64,000 bases of DNA from Acidobacteriota bacterium (lineage in GTDB: Bacteria > Acidobacteriota > UBA6911 > RPQK01 > JAJDTT01), in the NCBI GenBank assembly GCA_965263035.1, contig OZ253580.1, forward strand, positions 352,001-416,000, given 5' to 3'. Each line of letters starts with the position of its first letter. Within the stretch, counting starts at the first letter, position 1. The notes under the pieces were generated by a model. The model saw nothing but the letters and a program-made list of their open reading frames with translations, was not told the origin of the DNA and ran no database searches. Below, piece after piece: positions 19,177-28,402 of the stretch. The translations under genes were made by a program, and so were the position numbers.

Positions 19177-19560
19177 TTGAAGAAACAAAGAAGAACGATC
19201 AACGGTTCCGGTTCAAAATTGAAGCCACCCGAAAAGATACCTATTCAGTGGGTTCACGCAAAGGAATCTCGTTTGGTACCATATCACGGAGTGTTCGGGG
19301 GCCTCATACCCAGGGGGGATCTTCACGTCTCGATTTATGCTGAACAGATGCCCGACCCCGAGCCTGGACAGAATTTTCTCCAGCAGATTGAGGGTCAGAC
19401 AGGTCGGTACAAGGAAGAAAACAAACCCCGGAAGGCATCTCCGATCATCCGTGAGGTCCAGGTTCGATTTGTTATTCCACGCAGTCTGGTGCGCGATGTT
19501 GCGGACTGGTTCGCGCAGAAAGCGAACGAGATTGATCAATTCCCTTCTACCCCAGTGTAA
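19177..19560 (+). CDS. Hypothetical protein, cargo gene 1
   Basis: GVFGGLIPRGDLHVSIYAE...IIREVQVRF...WF; RBS present; lower GC than the head genes. Confidence 0.7.
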   Translation: MKKQRRTINGSGSKLKPPEKIPIQWVHAKESRLVPYHGVFGGLIPRGDLHVSIYAEQMPDPEPGQNFLQQIEGQTGRYKEENKPRKASPIIREVQVRFVIPRSLVRDVADWFAQKANEIDQFPSTPV

Positions 19561-19585
19561 GCAGCCGGACAGAAAAGGAGGTCCG

Positions 19586-20170
19586 ATGACCAAAGAATAC
19601 AAGATGCCCAAATCTACGGCGGATGCTTCCTCCCTTCCGACAGTATTCTTGCTAGTGGGGTCGTTCGTGGCCGTGTGTCCGCTCTACGGAAATCATATAT
19701 CACATAGGGTGGACGGGTCGGGTCCGGAATCACTGACCGCCCCGGAAGTGATTATGAAGTCAGCGACCGATTACCCCAAGGAGCCGAGAGACCCGATTGA
19801 GGGCCCACCTAACGAAGGGGCTCTTCGGATGGTCGAGGAGATTTCAGAGGACTGCGCCATGGATGATTGGGACGGTGAAGGCGCAGACCGGGTCCCCTCG
19901 GAATCGGTCGTGATTGCTCGTAATCTCGTGGCGAATCTGCCCCCCCATGCTCTTACGACCGGACTTGACATCGATGCTACCCCGTTCGGCTCTATCGACT
20001 TCGAGTGGGTGCTGGAGACGGAAGCCATGTTGAACATCCTGATTCTCCCTTCAGGAGAGCTTGGTTTTGCTTATTCCGTTCGTGAGGACGTGGGTGAAGG
20101 CAAAGTGAGATGGGAAGGCTCGATTCCGACTCCTATTGCGGCGGCACTCAACAGAGTATTTGAGCAGTGA
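19586..20170 (+). CDS. Acidic hypothetical protein with WDGxGA motif, cargo gene 2 (candidate antitoxin)
   Basis: AAGGAGG RBS, ATG 19586; DDWDGEGA...LP...IDATPFGSIDFEW. Confidence 0.7.
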   Translation: MTKEYKMPKSTADASSLPTVFLLVGSFVAVCPLYGNHISHRVDGSGPESLTAPEVIMKSATDYPKEPRDPIEGPPNEGALRMVEEISEDCAMDDWDGEGADRVPSESVVIARNLVANLPPHALTTGLDIDATPFGSIDFEWVLETEAMLNILILPSGELGFAYSVREDVGEGKVRWEGSIPTPIAAALNRVFEQ

Positions 20171-20565
20171 GTGGACGGGATTCAGCCCTTGCTCGATTTG
20201 CAGTATTCAGAAAGCAGATAACGCCGAGCCGAACGTTGCCGAAGCTATTCCGGCCAGATAAGCATAGGAAGGTTTCTGTCTTTCGGATTCAGGACAAGAC
20301 TTGCAAAGAGGTCGTATCGGTAGGGGTCGGAGTCGCAAGATCACATCGTGACTCTAGGAACTTATACGGTTGGGCGGAATTGACCTACCGACAGATTCAG
20401 AACATTGGACTATCCGTTGACGATGATGAGATTCCGAAGGACCACTCGCACATCGTGGGATGGCCTGACGATGAGGAGAGGTCTCTACGGTATCGACAGA
20501 GTCTTGCCAAACAGGCTGCGCGAATATTGCTTCCAAAACCTATTCCTGTACGGAACAGCATATAA
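20167..20565 (+). CDS. Candidate ADP-ribosyltransferase/RES-like toxin, cargo gene 3
   Basis: LAR...FRPD...VSVFR...AEL...GLSV..D...HSHIVGWP...LA pattern; basic protein; start overlaps gene 2 (GTGA). Confidence 0.55.
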   Translation: MSGRDSALARFAVFRKQITPSRTLPKLFRPDKHRKVSVFRIQDKTCKEVVSVGVGVARSHRDSRNLYGWAELTYRQIQNIGLSVDDDEIPKDHSHIVGWPDDEERSLRYRQSLAKQAARILLPKPIPVRNSI

Positions 20566-20766
20566 TTGGTGCGAGTCAGCCCTTTCCCTTTGCGGCCATC
20601 GGCAAGAGTTGGTCCACTGACCCCGCCAGACCCGCCTCCAGAATACCATCGGGTGGGCGATGAGAGAAGGGAGAACCCGGCACAGTTGAAACCCATTCCC
20701 TAGTAAGATCTAGTCGGGGTCGGCTATTAACACCCGGCCCCTCTCCCACCCCCTCGAAATTCCCGT

Positions 20767-20795
20767 TTTACAAGGTCGGACGGATGTTGTATAAT
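20767..20795 (+). promoter_or_regulatory. Outward-facing sigma70-type promoter just inside attR
   Basis: TTTACA-N17-TATAAT ending 17 bp before the att core. Confidence 0.7.
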
Positions 20796-20812
20796 TCCCT
20801 TGGTTGTCGTAT

Positions 20813-20823
20813 AAATCGGATTG
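20813..20823 (+). repeat. attR core AAATCGGATTG
   Basis: Identical to 10257-10267. Confidence 0.9.
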
Positions 20824-21726
20824 GCTGATATCCAGCTCCGCCTGCAGATCCCGCAGATCCGCCAACGCCACCAGGACGGCTCCCCCCATAAAGTAGGCCG
20901 AGACCATTTCACCGACTTCAACGACTCGTTCCAGAATGGTGCCGCTGACGGGTGCCCGGATCTCCGTCTCCTGCAGTTGGGTTTGCCAGTACCGGATGGC
21001 CGCCTGGCTTCGCTCGAGCTCGGCACGGGCAGCCTGGATCCGCTCGGTTCGGGGGCCGATCTCCAGGAGCCGGTGGTTTTTCTCGGCGACGGCAACGGCG
21101 GCCTTGGCCATGTCGCGGCGAGACCGGGCATTGTCGACCCGTTGTTGAGCGATGACACCACTTTCGATGAGTTGGCTGAAGCGACGATACTCGAGATCGG
21201 CGATGTCGAATTCGGCACGGCTTCTTTCCAGCTCCGCCTGTGCGATCTCAATCTCTTCCGGCCGTGACCCGGTTTCCAGTTCGGTGAGGCGGGCCCGTGC
21301 CGAGTGAGAATCGGCTTCTGCCTGCTGGAGTTGGGCTCGGAATTCGGCGTCCTCCAGCCGGACCAGCAATTGGCCCTTTTCGACTCGATCCGATTTATCG
21401 ACTCCGACCCAGGCGACCTTCCCCATAATTCGGGAACTGACTTCGATCCGGTGATGAGGGACGATGTAGCCCGAGACGATCAGCAACGGCCCTTCCCGAT
21501 CCGACGCCCCATCGGCCGCAGCACCGGCAGGGGCAACCGTGGCCGGGTCCGCCCGGACCTCGGCCCGCGCCGCATCGGGCGTCTGCCGGGAAAGGTTGTG
21601 GAAAAGCAGCGCAGTCAGGACGGCGCCCGCCAGGAAGGCCGCCAGTCCGATCAGCCACAAGTTGGGGGACGGCCTGGAACGCCGGCGGTTGCGGTCGATG
21701 CGCAACGCTTTCAAATCTTTTTCCAT
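20813..21726 (-). pseudogene. 5' fragment of the interrupted periplasmic adaptor (HlyD/MacA-family) gene
   Basis: TM anchor, lipoyl halves (VSSRIMGKV...VEKGQLLVRL; IRAPVSGTI), coiled coil; similarity stops at ELDISQSD, the att core. Confidence 0.9.
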
Positions 21727-22892
21727 CAGTCTCGCATCACATCGATCAAGCGCACCCGGGCGGCTCGTGCCGCCGGGAGCAAGCCACCGGCAATCCCCAC
21801 CAGGCTGACGAATAGAATCGCTTTGAAGAGAATTTCGGGAGTGATTCGAAAATGGAACAAGACTTCGCTGAAACTGGCGAAATTCGTGGTCCCCGTGGTA
21901 ATGCCGTGGACCGGCAGGGCCATGACACAACCCACGACTCCTCCCAGCAACGCCAGAAAAACGGACTCCGCCAGGAAGGATGCCAGGATGCTCCGTCTGC
22001 GAAATCCCAGTGCCCGCAAGGTCCCAATCTCTTTGAACCGGGCCATGACGGTACCGTACATCATGTTCATGGCGGCAAAGCAGGAACCGATTCCCATGAC
22101 CACCGCGATGAAGATGCCCAACGCCTTGAGTCCCACGGAGGATATCGTCTGTCCCTCGTAATATTCGGTTTGGGGAATGGCTTGCAGTTCGATGTTCCGA
22201 TCCTCCTCGATCCGTTTCGCCAGAGCCGCTCGAGCCTGTGCATTATTGGCGCGCACCAGGAAAGAGGTGTAGATCGGTCGATTCCAGGCTAACGCAATCT
22301 CGTCGTAGTCCCCCCAGATTTCGGAATCGTAGGCCGTGCCACCAGCATCGAAAATACCCACCACGGACCATTCAGTCTGCGCGATGGCCAAGGTATCGCC
22401 CAGCTTCATGTTCTTGAAGCGACGCGACAGTGAACGGCTCACGATCAGTTCCCGCACGCCTTTTGCATGGCGCCGTCCCTCGACGATCCGGACTTCCGGC
22501 CGCATTTCGAAGCCCCGGTTGCCGGTGCCGCGCACGACAATGTTCGAAGTCTCGTTTGCTCCCGCAATGCGCTCATGATTGATGACGACGATGAGCTCGC
22601 CGGAAGCCCACGGCTCATCGTCTTCGTCGCGAGCCACCTCCGGCAGAAAGCGGACCTTCGGAAAGAGGTTCCGGTCCAGATAGCTGTTGGTCTCGTTCTG
22701 GGAACCTTGCCGAATGACCACCAGGTCATTGGGGTTTCCGGTGTTGACGAAGGTCGAGTCGAGGCCTTCGATGAGGGCCATCATCGCGACCAGAATGGCC
22801 ACTGTGAACCCAATTCCCAATGCGGTCATCAGGGTGCCGACTCGCCTTACCCAGAGACTCCGCAGGTTGTATCGAATGGGGATCTTCATCAC
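21726..22892 (-). CDS. ABC transporter permease (MacB/FtsX family)
   Basis: EIGTLRALGF motif; 4-TM topology with a large periplasmic domain. Confidence 0.92.
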   Translation of the reverse strand: MMKIPIRYNLRSLWVRRVGTLMTALGIGFTVAILVAMMALIEGLDSTFVNTGNPNDLVVIRQGSQNETNSYLDRNLFPKVRFLPEVARDEDDEPWASGELIVVINHERIAGANETSNIVVRGTGNRGFEMRPEVRIVEGRRHAKGVRELIVSRSLSRRFKNMKLGDTLAIAQTEWSVVGIFDAGGTAYDSEIWGDYDEIALAWNRPIYTSFLVRANNAQARAALAKRIEEDRNIELQAIPQTEYYEGQTISSVGLKALGIFIAVVMGIGSCFAAMNMMYGTVMARFKEIGTLRALGFRRRSILASFLAESVFLALLGGVVGCVMALPVHGITTGTTNFASFSEVLFHFRITPEILFKAILFVSLVGIAGGLLPAARAARVRLIDVMRD

Positions 22893-22966
22893 GCTCTATC
22901 CGCGCCGGTTACGAACCGTGTTCCAACCGCCGTCTTGGTGCTGCGTCCGTCCTTCACCACGAACCG

Positions 22967-24118
22967 CTAGCCCACACTTTGCAATGCTGCGAGAGTCGGA
23001 CGCCGGGCCGCCTGCCAAGCGGGCAGGCCGGCGGCGAGTAGTCCGATCACGGCTCCAATCAAAATGCAGACCGCGATCGTGGAGAATTGGACTTCGAAAT
23101 TCTGGATGAACCCGTTGCTGATGGCCTGCATCGGCACGTACTGGAAAATCAGGCGAGCGCTCAGCGCGCCGAAGCCTGCTCCGCTCATTGCCAAGAAAAG
23201 CGACTCACTCAACAACAAACCCAAAACCTGCGCCTTCCGGAAACCCAGGGTCTTGAGAATCCCAATCTCCCGTACGCGCTCGCGGATGGACATGGCCATG
23301 GTGTTCGCCGCTACCAGACTGACGGCAAAGATCACGGCCAGACAGATGCTGCTGATCAGAAACTGGACGTTCCCCAGCATGGAGACAAACCCCATGATGA
23401 AGGCTTTCTCAGTTTCAGTCTTGGTGGGAGCCATCGAGTTCTTGAAGAGGCCGTCCACGTCCTCGGCGATGGCCGACAACATCTCGGCTGAAGAGGCCCG
23501 GATCGTGAAGGTCCCGGTAACGCCTCTGTCGTCCAACGTTTCATTGAAGTAATCCCAATGGAAATAGATGCTGCCGCCCTCATCGCCCCCGCCCTGGTAG
23601 ATGGCGCGGATCTTCAACTCCATTTCGGTCGGGAAGAGATTGCTGCCGGTATGAATCGTCTGCCCCAGCTGCCAGCCGAACCGGTCGGCCACGACTTTGC
23701 CCACCAGCGCACCGGAACGATCCTGCAGAAAGGCTTCTTTCTGCTCGTCGGGAACGATGATATCGGGATAGACCCGAAAGAAATCGTCAGTATCGGAGGC
23801 AAACTGCGCCAAGCTGACCTCAGTGCCGTTATGGTTAAAGAGGCCGCCAAACCACATCGATCCGATCACGGCTTCCACACCGTCGACGGCGGCGATTTTT
23901 TCCCGATAGGAGGTGGGCAGCGTGTTGAACAGGGAGATCTTGTGCCGGACGATGAGCCGCAAGGCCGAGTCCGGGGTCTCGGGTGGACTGCTCAACTCGT
24001 CGAGCACCGTCATCAGAGTGGCCACCAGGAAAATCGATGCTCCGATGCTACTCGTCGTCAACAGAGTCCTGAGCTTGTTTCGGAACAGATTCCTGGCGAG
24101 CAGTCTGAAGAACTTCAT
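22967..24118 (-). CDS. ABC transporter permease (MacB/FtsX family)
   Basis: RNLFRNKLRT, ERVREIGILKTLGF. Confidence 0.92.
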   Translation of the reverse strand: MKFFRLLARNLFRNKLRTLLTTSSIGASIFLVATLMTVLDELSSPPETPDSALRLIVRHKISLFNTLPTSYREKIAAVDGVEAVIGSMWFGGLFNHNGTEVSLAQFASDTDDFFRVYPDIIVPDEQKEAFLQDRSGALVGKVVADRFGWQLGQTIHTGSNLFPTEMELKIRAIYQGGGDEGGSIYFHWDYFNETLDDRGVTGTFTIRASSAEMLSAIAEDVDGLFKNSMAPTKTETEKAFIMGFVSMLGNVQFLISSICLAVIFAVSLVAANTMAMSIRERVREIGILKTLGFRKAQVLGLLLSESLFLAMSGAGFGALSARLIFQYVPMQAISNGFIQNFEVQFSTIAVCILIGAVIGLLAAGLPAWQAARRPTLAALQSVG

Positions 24119-24411
24119 GTTCGTACTCGGCACCCCGGTCCAGGAGCCTGCGCCGCAGAAATTGAGCTACTGCGAAAGCGGTAGAATCGGTCCATATTTC
24201 CTCGATTTCTCGGCGAATAGAACAACTATGCACCTCCAAATCGAGAAAATCTGGCCTCGATTCCCCACTTTCTCGCTACGATCATTTCTACCGCACAGAC
24301 TCCTAGCCCGAAGTTCTCAACCGGCCGCTGAGTATGTGCCGAAAATGATTTTATCTTGAGTCGACGACCGGCGTTCAATTGGAGTCTCGCCAGCCGTGAC
24401 CGAGTCGGGGG

Positions 24412-25671
24412 TCATGGCTCCTTCGGGTTCGTCACTTCCCTGTAATTCGCCGGCAGCCCCGTCACCTGGGGCAGCGCCTCCAGTTGTTGGCGGAGCCGTT
24501 TCTGGACCTCGGGAGCGGCACCGGCCCGTCCCACCGACGGGTGCTCATGGGACCGGTAGAAGTTGCCCGGCTCCACGTACAGCTTGACCCCGTATTTCTG
24601 GCAGAGAGGACCGTAGTCCCTGCGAATGGCGTGCACCAACTGGGGCAGCCCGAGGCCGGTCTCCTGATTCTGCAGGTACCCCCAGGTGCGCTGGATGCGT
24701 TCCGGATAGCGCGAACGGACCCGGGTGATGTGGCCCAGGACCAGGTCGTCGATGATTCCCTCCTGGATCCACCGCCGCCATTGGATCCTCATGTTTCCGA
24801 AGGGAGGCCCGATGTGCTCACCCTGCTGGACGCCGATGGAGAGCTTCTGTCCCTTCGTCTTCAGGTGAGCCTTCAACTCCCGGAGAAAGAGGGTGAGGTA
24901 CTCGCCCCGGAGCTCGCGCCACTTTTCCACGTCGAAGTCCTGCCGCATGATGTCCCGGCCGTAACGGCGCTTGTACTCCTCCACGATGGGCTCGTTGAAA
25001 CCGTATTGATCCGCGTGGTCCGGCGGCAGGCCGTGGGACCGGATGCTCAGAAAGACCCCGTCGAAATCGAACCCGTCCGAAAAGGTCCGGATGATCTTGT
25101 TGATCATGTAGTCGCGCACCTCGGGGTAGGCGTACTCCATGACGTGCCACTGGTACTTGCGGCCGTTGGTGGTCAGGCTCCGGTCGTGGACCAGGAACCG
25201 CGGGTTCGCCTTGGTGAACTTGGAGTGCCACGGCCAGAAGGCCCGCCCGGTGGGACCGAAGTCGAACACGTTCACGTCCGGAGGCCGCCCCTCGTCGGTG
25301 GGTGCGATCCACATGAAGACCTCGATTCCCGCGGCCTTCAGCGCATCCACGGCGGTCTTGACGAGCCCCTCCTTCCAGGCCCGCCGGGTGATCTTGATCC
25401 ACTCCCGCAGGTACTCGTTCTTTCCGTCCACGGTGATGTCGGCATACAGAACCACCCGGAAGTCGTCGACGCGGAACAGGACCTTGTCGATGCCGTTCCG
25501 CTTCCAGTTCCGGGTCGCCTCCAACACCTTCTCGGGGGTGTCCAGCTTGGCCACCCCTGTCGCCATGTGGATCACATCGCCCCAACTGATGGTGAGAAAC
25601 TTCTCCTTTTCCTGGCCCCAGGCGGTTCCGGCCAAACTGAGTCCCATCAGAAGCAAAGTCCAAGCTCTCAT
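24412..25671 (-). CDS. Exported glycoside hydrolase-like TIM-barrel protein (GHL10/DUF187-like)
   Basis: Signal peptide; YAYPEVRDY...FDFDGVFL...YKRRYG...WRELR. Confidence 0.55.
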   Translation of the reverse strand: MRAWTLLLMGLSLAGTAWGQEKEKFLTISWGDVIHMATGVAKLDTPEKVLEATRNWKRNGIDKVLFRVDDFRVVLYADITVDGKNEYLREWIKITRRAWKEGLVKTAVDALKAAGIEVFMWIAPTDEGRPPDVNVFDFGPTGRAFWPWHSKFTKANPRFLVHDRSLTTNGRKYQWHVMEYAYPEVRDYMINKIIRTFSDGFDFDGVFLSIRSHGLPPDHADQYGFNEPIVEEYKRRYGRDIMRQDFDVEKWRELRGEYLTLFLRELKAHLKTKGQKLSIGVQQGEHIGPPFGNMRIQWRRWIQEGIIDDLVLGHITRVRSRYPERIQRTWGYLQNQETGLGLPQLVHAIRRDYGPLCQKYGVKLYVEPGNFYRSHEHPSVGRAGAAPEVQKRLRQQLEALPQVTGLPANYREVTNPKEP

Positions 25672-25715
25672 GATTGATTCCTCCTACACCCAATCGGGGT
25701 GCAATCCGACTTTCG

Positions 25716-26141
25716 TCACTGAGGTTCGTAAACGCGGACGGTCTCCCGGTCGGAATCGACTTCCACCCAGTCCCCGTCTGCGATCCAGCTCAGGTCCGCG
25801 GGTTCGACCTGAATCACGGGGATCCCGGCGATGACGCACCCAAGCACCGAAGGCGGGTCCGCCTCCAGGTTGATGAGGGCGGCCGGGGCCGTTCCCTCCA
25901 TGCCGGCGACCCGGACGTGCATGGTGTTGCCCGACGAGCCGGTGCCCGAGGGCATGACCAGCACCCTTCCCGACAGGTTCCGGTCGTAGAGCGGATGCTC
26001 AACGTCGATCACCTTGCCGCTGGCCGGATCGAATTCCGACCGGAAACAGAGAGGCGTGTCGCTCACCATGGCCCGGCCCGTGGCCTGTCCCGGTACGATC
26101 CTCTTCCCGCGGATGACCTGTTTCTCTTTCAGACGAGCCAC
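25716..26141 (-). CDS. Aconitase X swivel subunit (DUF126)
   Basis: G.A.G.A.VS, HPL..., GSSG motif. Confidence 0.85.
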   Translation of the reverse strand: MARLKEKQVIRGKRIVPGQATGRAMVSDTPLCFRSEFDPASGKVIDVEHPLYDRNLSGRVLVMPSGTGSSGNTMHVRVAGMEGTAPAALINLEADPPSVLGCVIAGIPVIQVEPADLSWIADGDWVEVDSDRETVRVYEPQ

Positions 26142-27370
26142 CTTCCCGTGACGGCCGCATCGATGCAGCCCTCAAGGGGCAGGACCCCGGTGCGCGAGGC
26201 CAACGCGCTGCGGCCGTAGAACGCCTGCTTGAAGGAGTTGGAGACGTAATTGCGCGGACGCGCATGCCCCAGGGCGCCGGGACAGATATCCGAGAGGATG
26301 TGCCCTCCCGACTCCTCGATCACCCCGGCGTAGCCCAGCCGTTGGGCGTCGACCAGCGTGTCCCGGGAGGTGCAGACGATCAGCTTCACTCCCGGAGCCA
26401 CCCGCTGGCGGGCCAACACCCGGGAGATCTCCCGGAGCTCGTCCAGGGAACTGAAGGGACAACCCAGAGCCACCGTGTCGATGGGCTCTCCCTTCTCCAT
26501 CCGGTTCATCTTCCGGTACGTGGTCCGGAGATCGACCCGGTCGAAGGTCAGCGATTCGACGGGCTGGTGCGGGTCCAGGGCTTCATCCACCGTGGGGGCC
26601 TCGGGAGTCAAGCCGGCGATATGGAACATGGTGGTGCCGCGGCCGGCGTAAGGCAACGAGGCGGAGAGTTGCTTCGCCTCGGCGGGCGCGATCTCCTCGA
26701 TCCCCTCGAACACCGGAATTCGCGAGCCGGCTTTCTCCCCCACGTAGTAGCCGAGGGCGCCCCAGTCGCTGACCGAATTCATCTCCACCTGGAGCTCCAC
26801 CCGCACTGCCGCCTTGCGATATTGGTCCAGGAGGACGCCGAACTCGGGAACCCAACCCAGGAAAGCCGCGGCCAGCGAGCTCTCCATGCCGTTGCGGTTG
26901 GTACGGGCTCCCATCATGGCGTTAGAGTAGACCACCGCCGAAGACTCAGTCCAGGCGCAGATCTCGCCGAACTTGGGAACCGCTCCCACTTGGTACGGAG
27001 CACAGGACCAGGTGGTCCGCACCCCGGCGCGAGCGGCCATGGCATGCAGCTCCTGCTGGAAGCTCAACTCTTTTTCCGTCAGGCCCTTCTCCCGCAGGGC
27101 GGCCAGGTCGGTGCAGTTGGCGTGGGTCATGGTGATGCACTTGACCCGGTGGCTGCAGAGCTCTCGAAACTCGTCCAGGTAGGTGTCCAGCGTCCGCTCC
27201 GAAATTCCCTTCAGGCAAGGCGTGCGCAGGATGCAGTGGACGTTGGTGACGGGCACGAGCCGAGTGGCGCCCAACGCCTCTCCCCAAAGGATCGACCATT
27301 CGAGATATCTGGCCAGAAGGTCTCCACGCTCACCTCCCAGGACGGCCTTCTGTTCCTCCGTCAACCTCAT
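26129..27370 (-). CDS. Aconitase X catalytic subunit (DUF521)
   Basis: SCAPY, AWTESSAV..NA..GARTN, FHI.G.TPEA, LGCP, DIC. Confidence 0.88.
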   Translation of the reverse strand: MRLTEEQKAVLGGERGDLLARYLEWSILWGEALGATRLVPVTNVHCILRTPCLKGISERTLDTYLDEFRELCSHRVKCITMTHANCTDLAALREKGLTEKELSFQQELHAMAARAGVRTTWSCAPYQVGAVPKFGEICAWTESSAVVYSNAMMGARTNRNGMESSLAAAFLGWVPEFGVLLDQYRKAAVRVELQVEMNSVSDWGALGYYVGEKAGSRIPVFEGIEEIAPAEAKQLSASLPYAGRGTTMFHIAGLTPEAPTVDEALDPHQPVESLTFDRVDLRTTYRKMNRMEKGEPIDTVALGCPFSSLDELREISRVLARQRVAPGVKLIVCTSRDTLVDAQRLGYAGVIEESGGHILSDICPGALGHARPRNYVSNSFKQAFYGRSALASRTGVLPLEGCIDAAVTGRWLV

Positions 27371-27407
27371 TCGGGCTAGCTCTCGATATGACCGTTCCCT
27401 GTCCTCA

Positions 27408-28364
27408 TCAAAATCCCCTCGCCTTGTCGCAGACGAACCGCAGCGGTTCTCCGGCCAGGTAGCGCTTCAGGTTCTCCTTGAAGATCTCCCGGCGGCGCTC
27501 CCACATCTGGGGGGAGTCGGCCGAGACGTGGGGCGAGATGATCACGTTGGGCAGATCCCAGAGCGGACTCTCCGGGACCGGCGGCTCGGGGTCGGTGGCG
27601 TCCAACGCGGCGCCGCCCAGGTGTCCGGAGCAAATCGCCTCGGCCAGGGCGTCCTCGTCGACGATCCCCCCACGCGAAACCACGATCAGGCGGGCACCCC
27701 GCTTCAGACGATCCAGGCGGCCGGCGTCGATCAGCCCACGCGTGGATTCGACCAGCGGCGCCGTCACCACGAACCAGTCGCTGAGGGCCAGCATGTCGTC
27801 CAGGCGGTCGAGGCCCCACACCTCCCGCACGCCGGGCGGGGGCTCCATCTGCACGACGTCCACGCCGTAGACTTCCATGTCGAATCCGGCGGCCCGCTGG
27901 GCCACGGCCTTTCCGATGTCGCCCATGGCCAGGATCCCCAGGGTGGTGCCGGCCAGCTCGGTCATGGCGCCGAAATATTTGTTGGTGTCCCAGCGGCACA
28001 CCCGTTGGTCTTCCACCAGGTCGGGGACGCGGTGGGCGAAGGCCAGAACCATGGCCAGTGCGTGGTCCGCCATTGCGATGACGTGGGTCTCCCGGGCGTT
28101 GGTCATCACCACGTCGCTTTCGACAAGCCCTGGGGCACTGCTGAGAACATGGTCAAAGCCGATCCCCACGAAGTGAAACCAACGGAGCTTGCGAGCGGCC
28201 TCAAGGGCTTCCCCCGTGATCACACCGAACTGGACTTCGGCATCGGGGGCCTCCCGCAGCTGTTCTTCCGGTGTGTAGGCGGTTCGAAATTCGACCTGCG
28301 GGAAGTTCTTCCTCAAGTCTTCGACAAAATCGGGTCCGATTCTGTGAGCGATGACGACTTTCAT
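27408..28364 (-). CDS. D-2-hydroxyacid dehydrogenase family protein
   Basis: MGDIG, SRGGIVDE, LDA..PEP, ISPH. Confidence 0.9.
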   Translation of the reverse strand: MKVVIAHRIGPDFVEDLRKNFPQVEFRTAYTPEEQLREAPDAEVQFGVITGEALEAARKLRWFHFVGIGFDHVLSSAPGLVESDVVMTNARETHVIAMADHALAMVLAFAHRVPDLVEDQRVCRWDTNKYFGAMTELAGTTLGILAMGDIGKAVAQRAAGFDMEVYGVDVVQMEPPPGVREVWGLDRLDDMLALSDWFVVTAPLVESTRGLIDAGRLDRLKRGARLIVVSRGGIVDEDALAEAICSGHLGGAALDATDPEPPVPESPLWDLPNVIISPHVSADSPQMWERRREIFKENLKRYLAGEPLRFVCDKARGF

Positions 28365-28402
28365 GAAATGAATGACTCCATCTACAGCGCGAGCCGTGTG
28401 GG

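Larger units (their letters stand above)
10257..20823 (+). mobile_element. Integrated capsid-encoding, tail-less phage satellite / mini-prophage (~10.56 kb)
   Basis: 11-bp direct repeats at both ends, tyrosine recombinase and HK97-type head genes; interrupts a host gene. Confidence 0.9.

Noticed and set aside
20710-20812. Tail YDNQGNY...ADPD as the true adaptor C-terminus
   Set aside because: Read-through into element DNA; the real C-terminus is at 10013-10256
10257-20823. Calling the element a complete prophage or a gene transfer agent
   Set aside because: No tail, tape-measure, lysis or replication genes between the att sites; an integrase with att ends argues against a GTA
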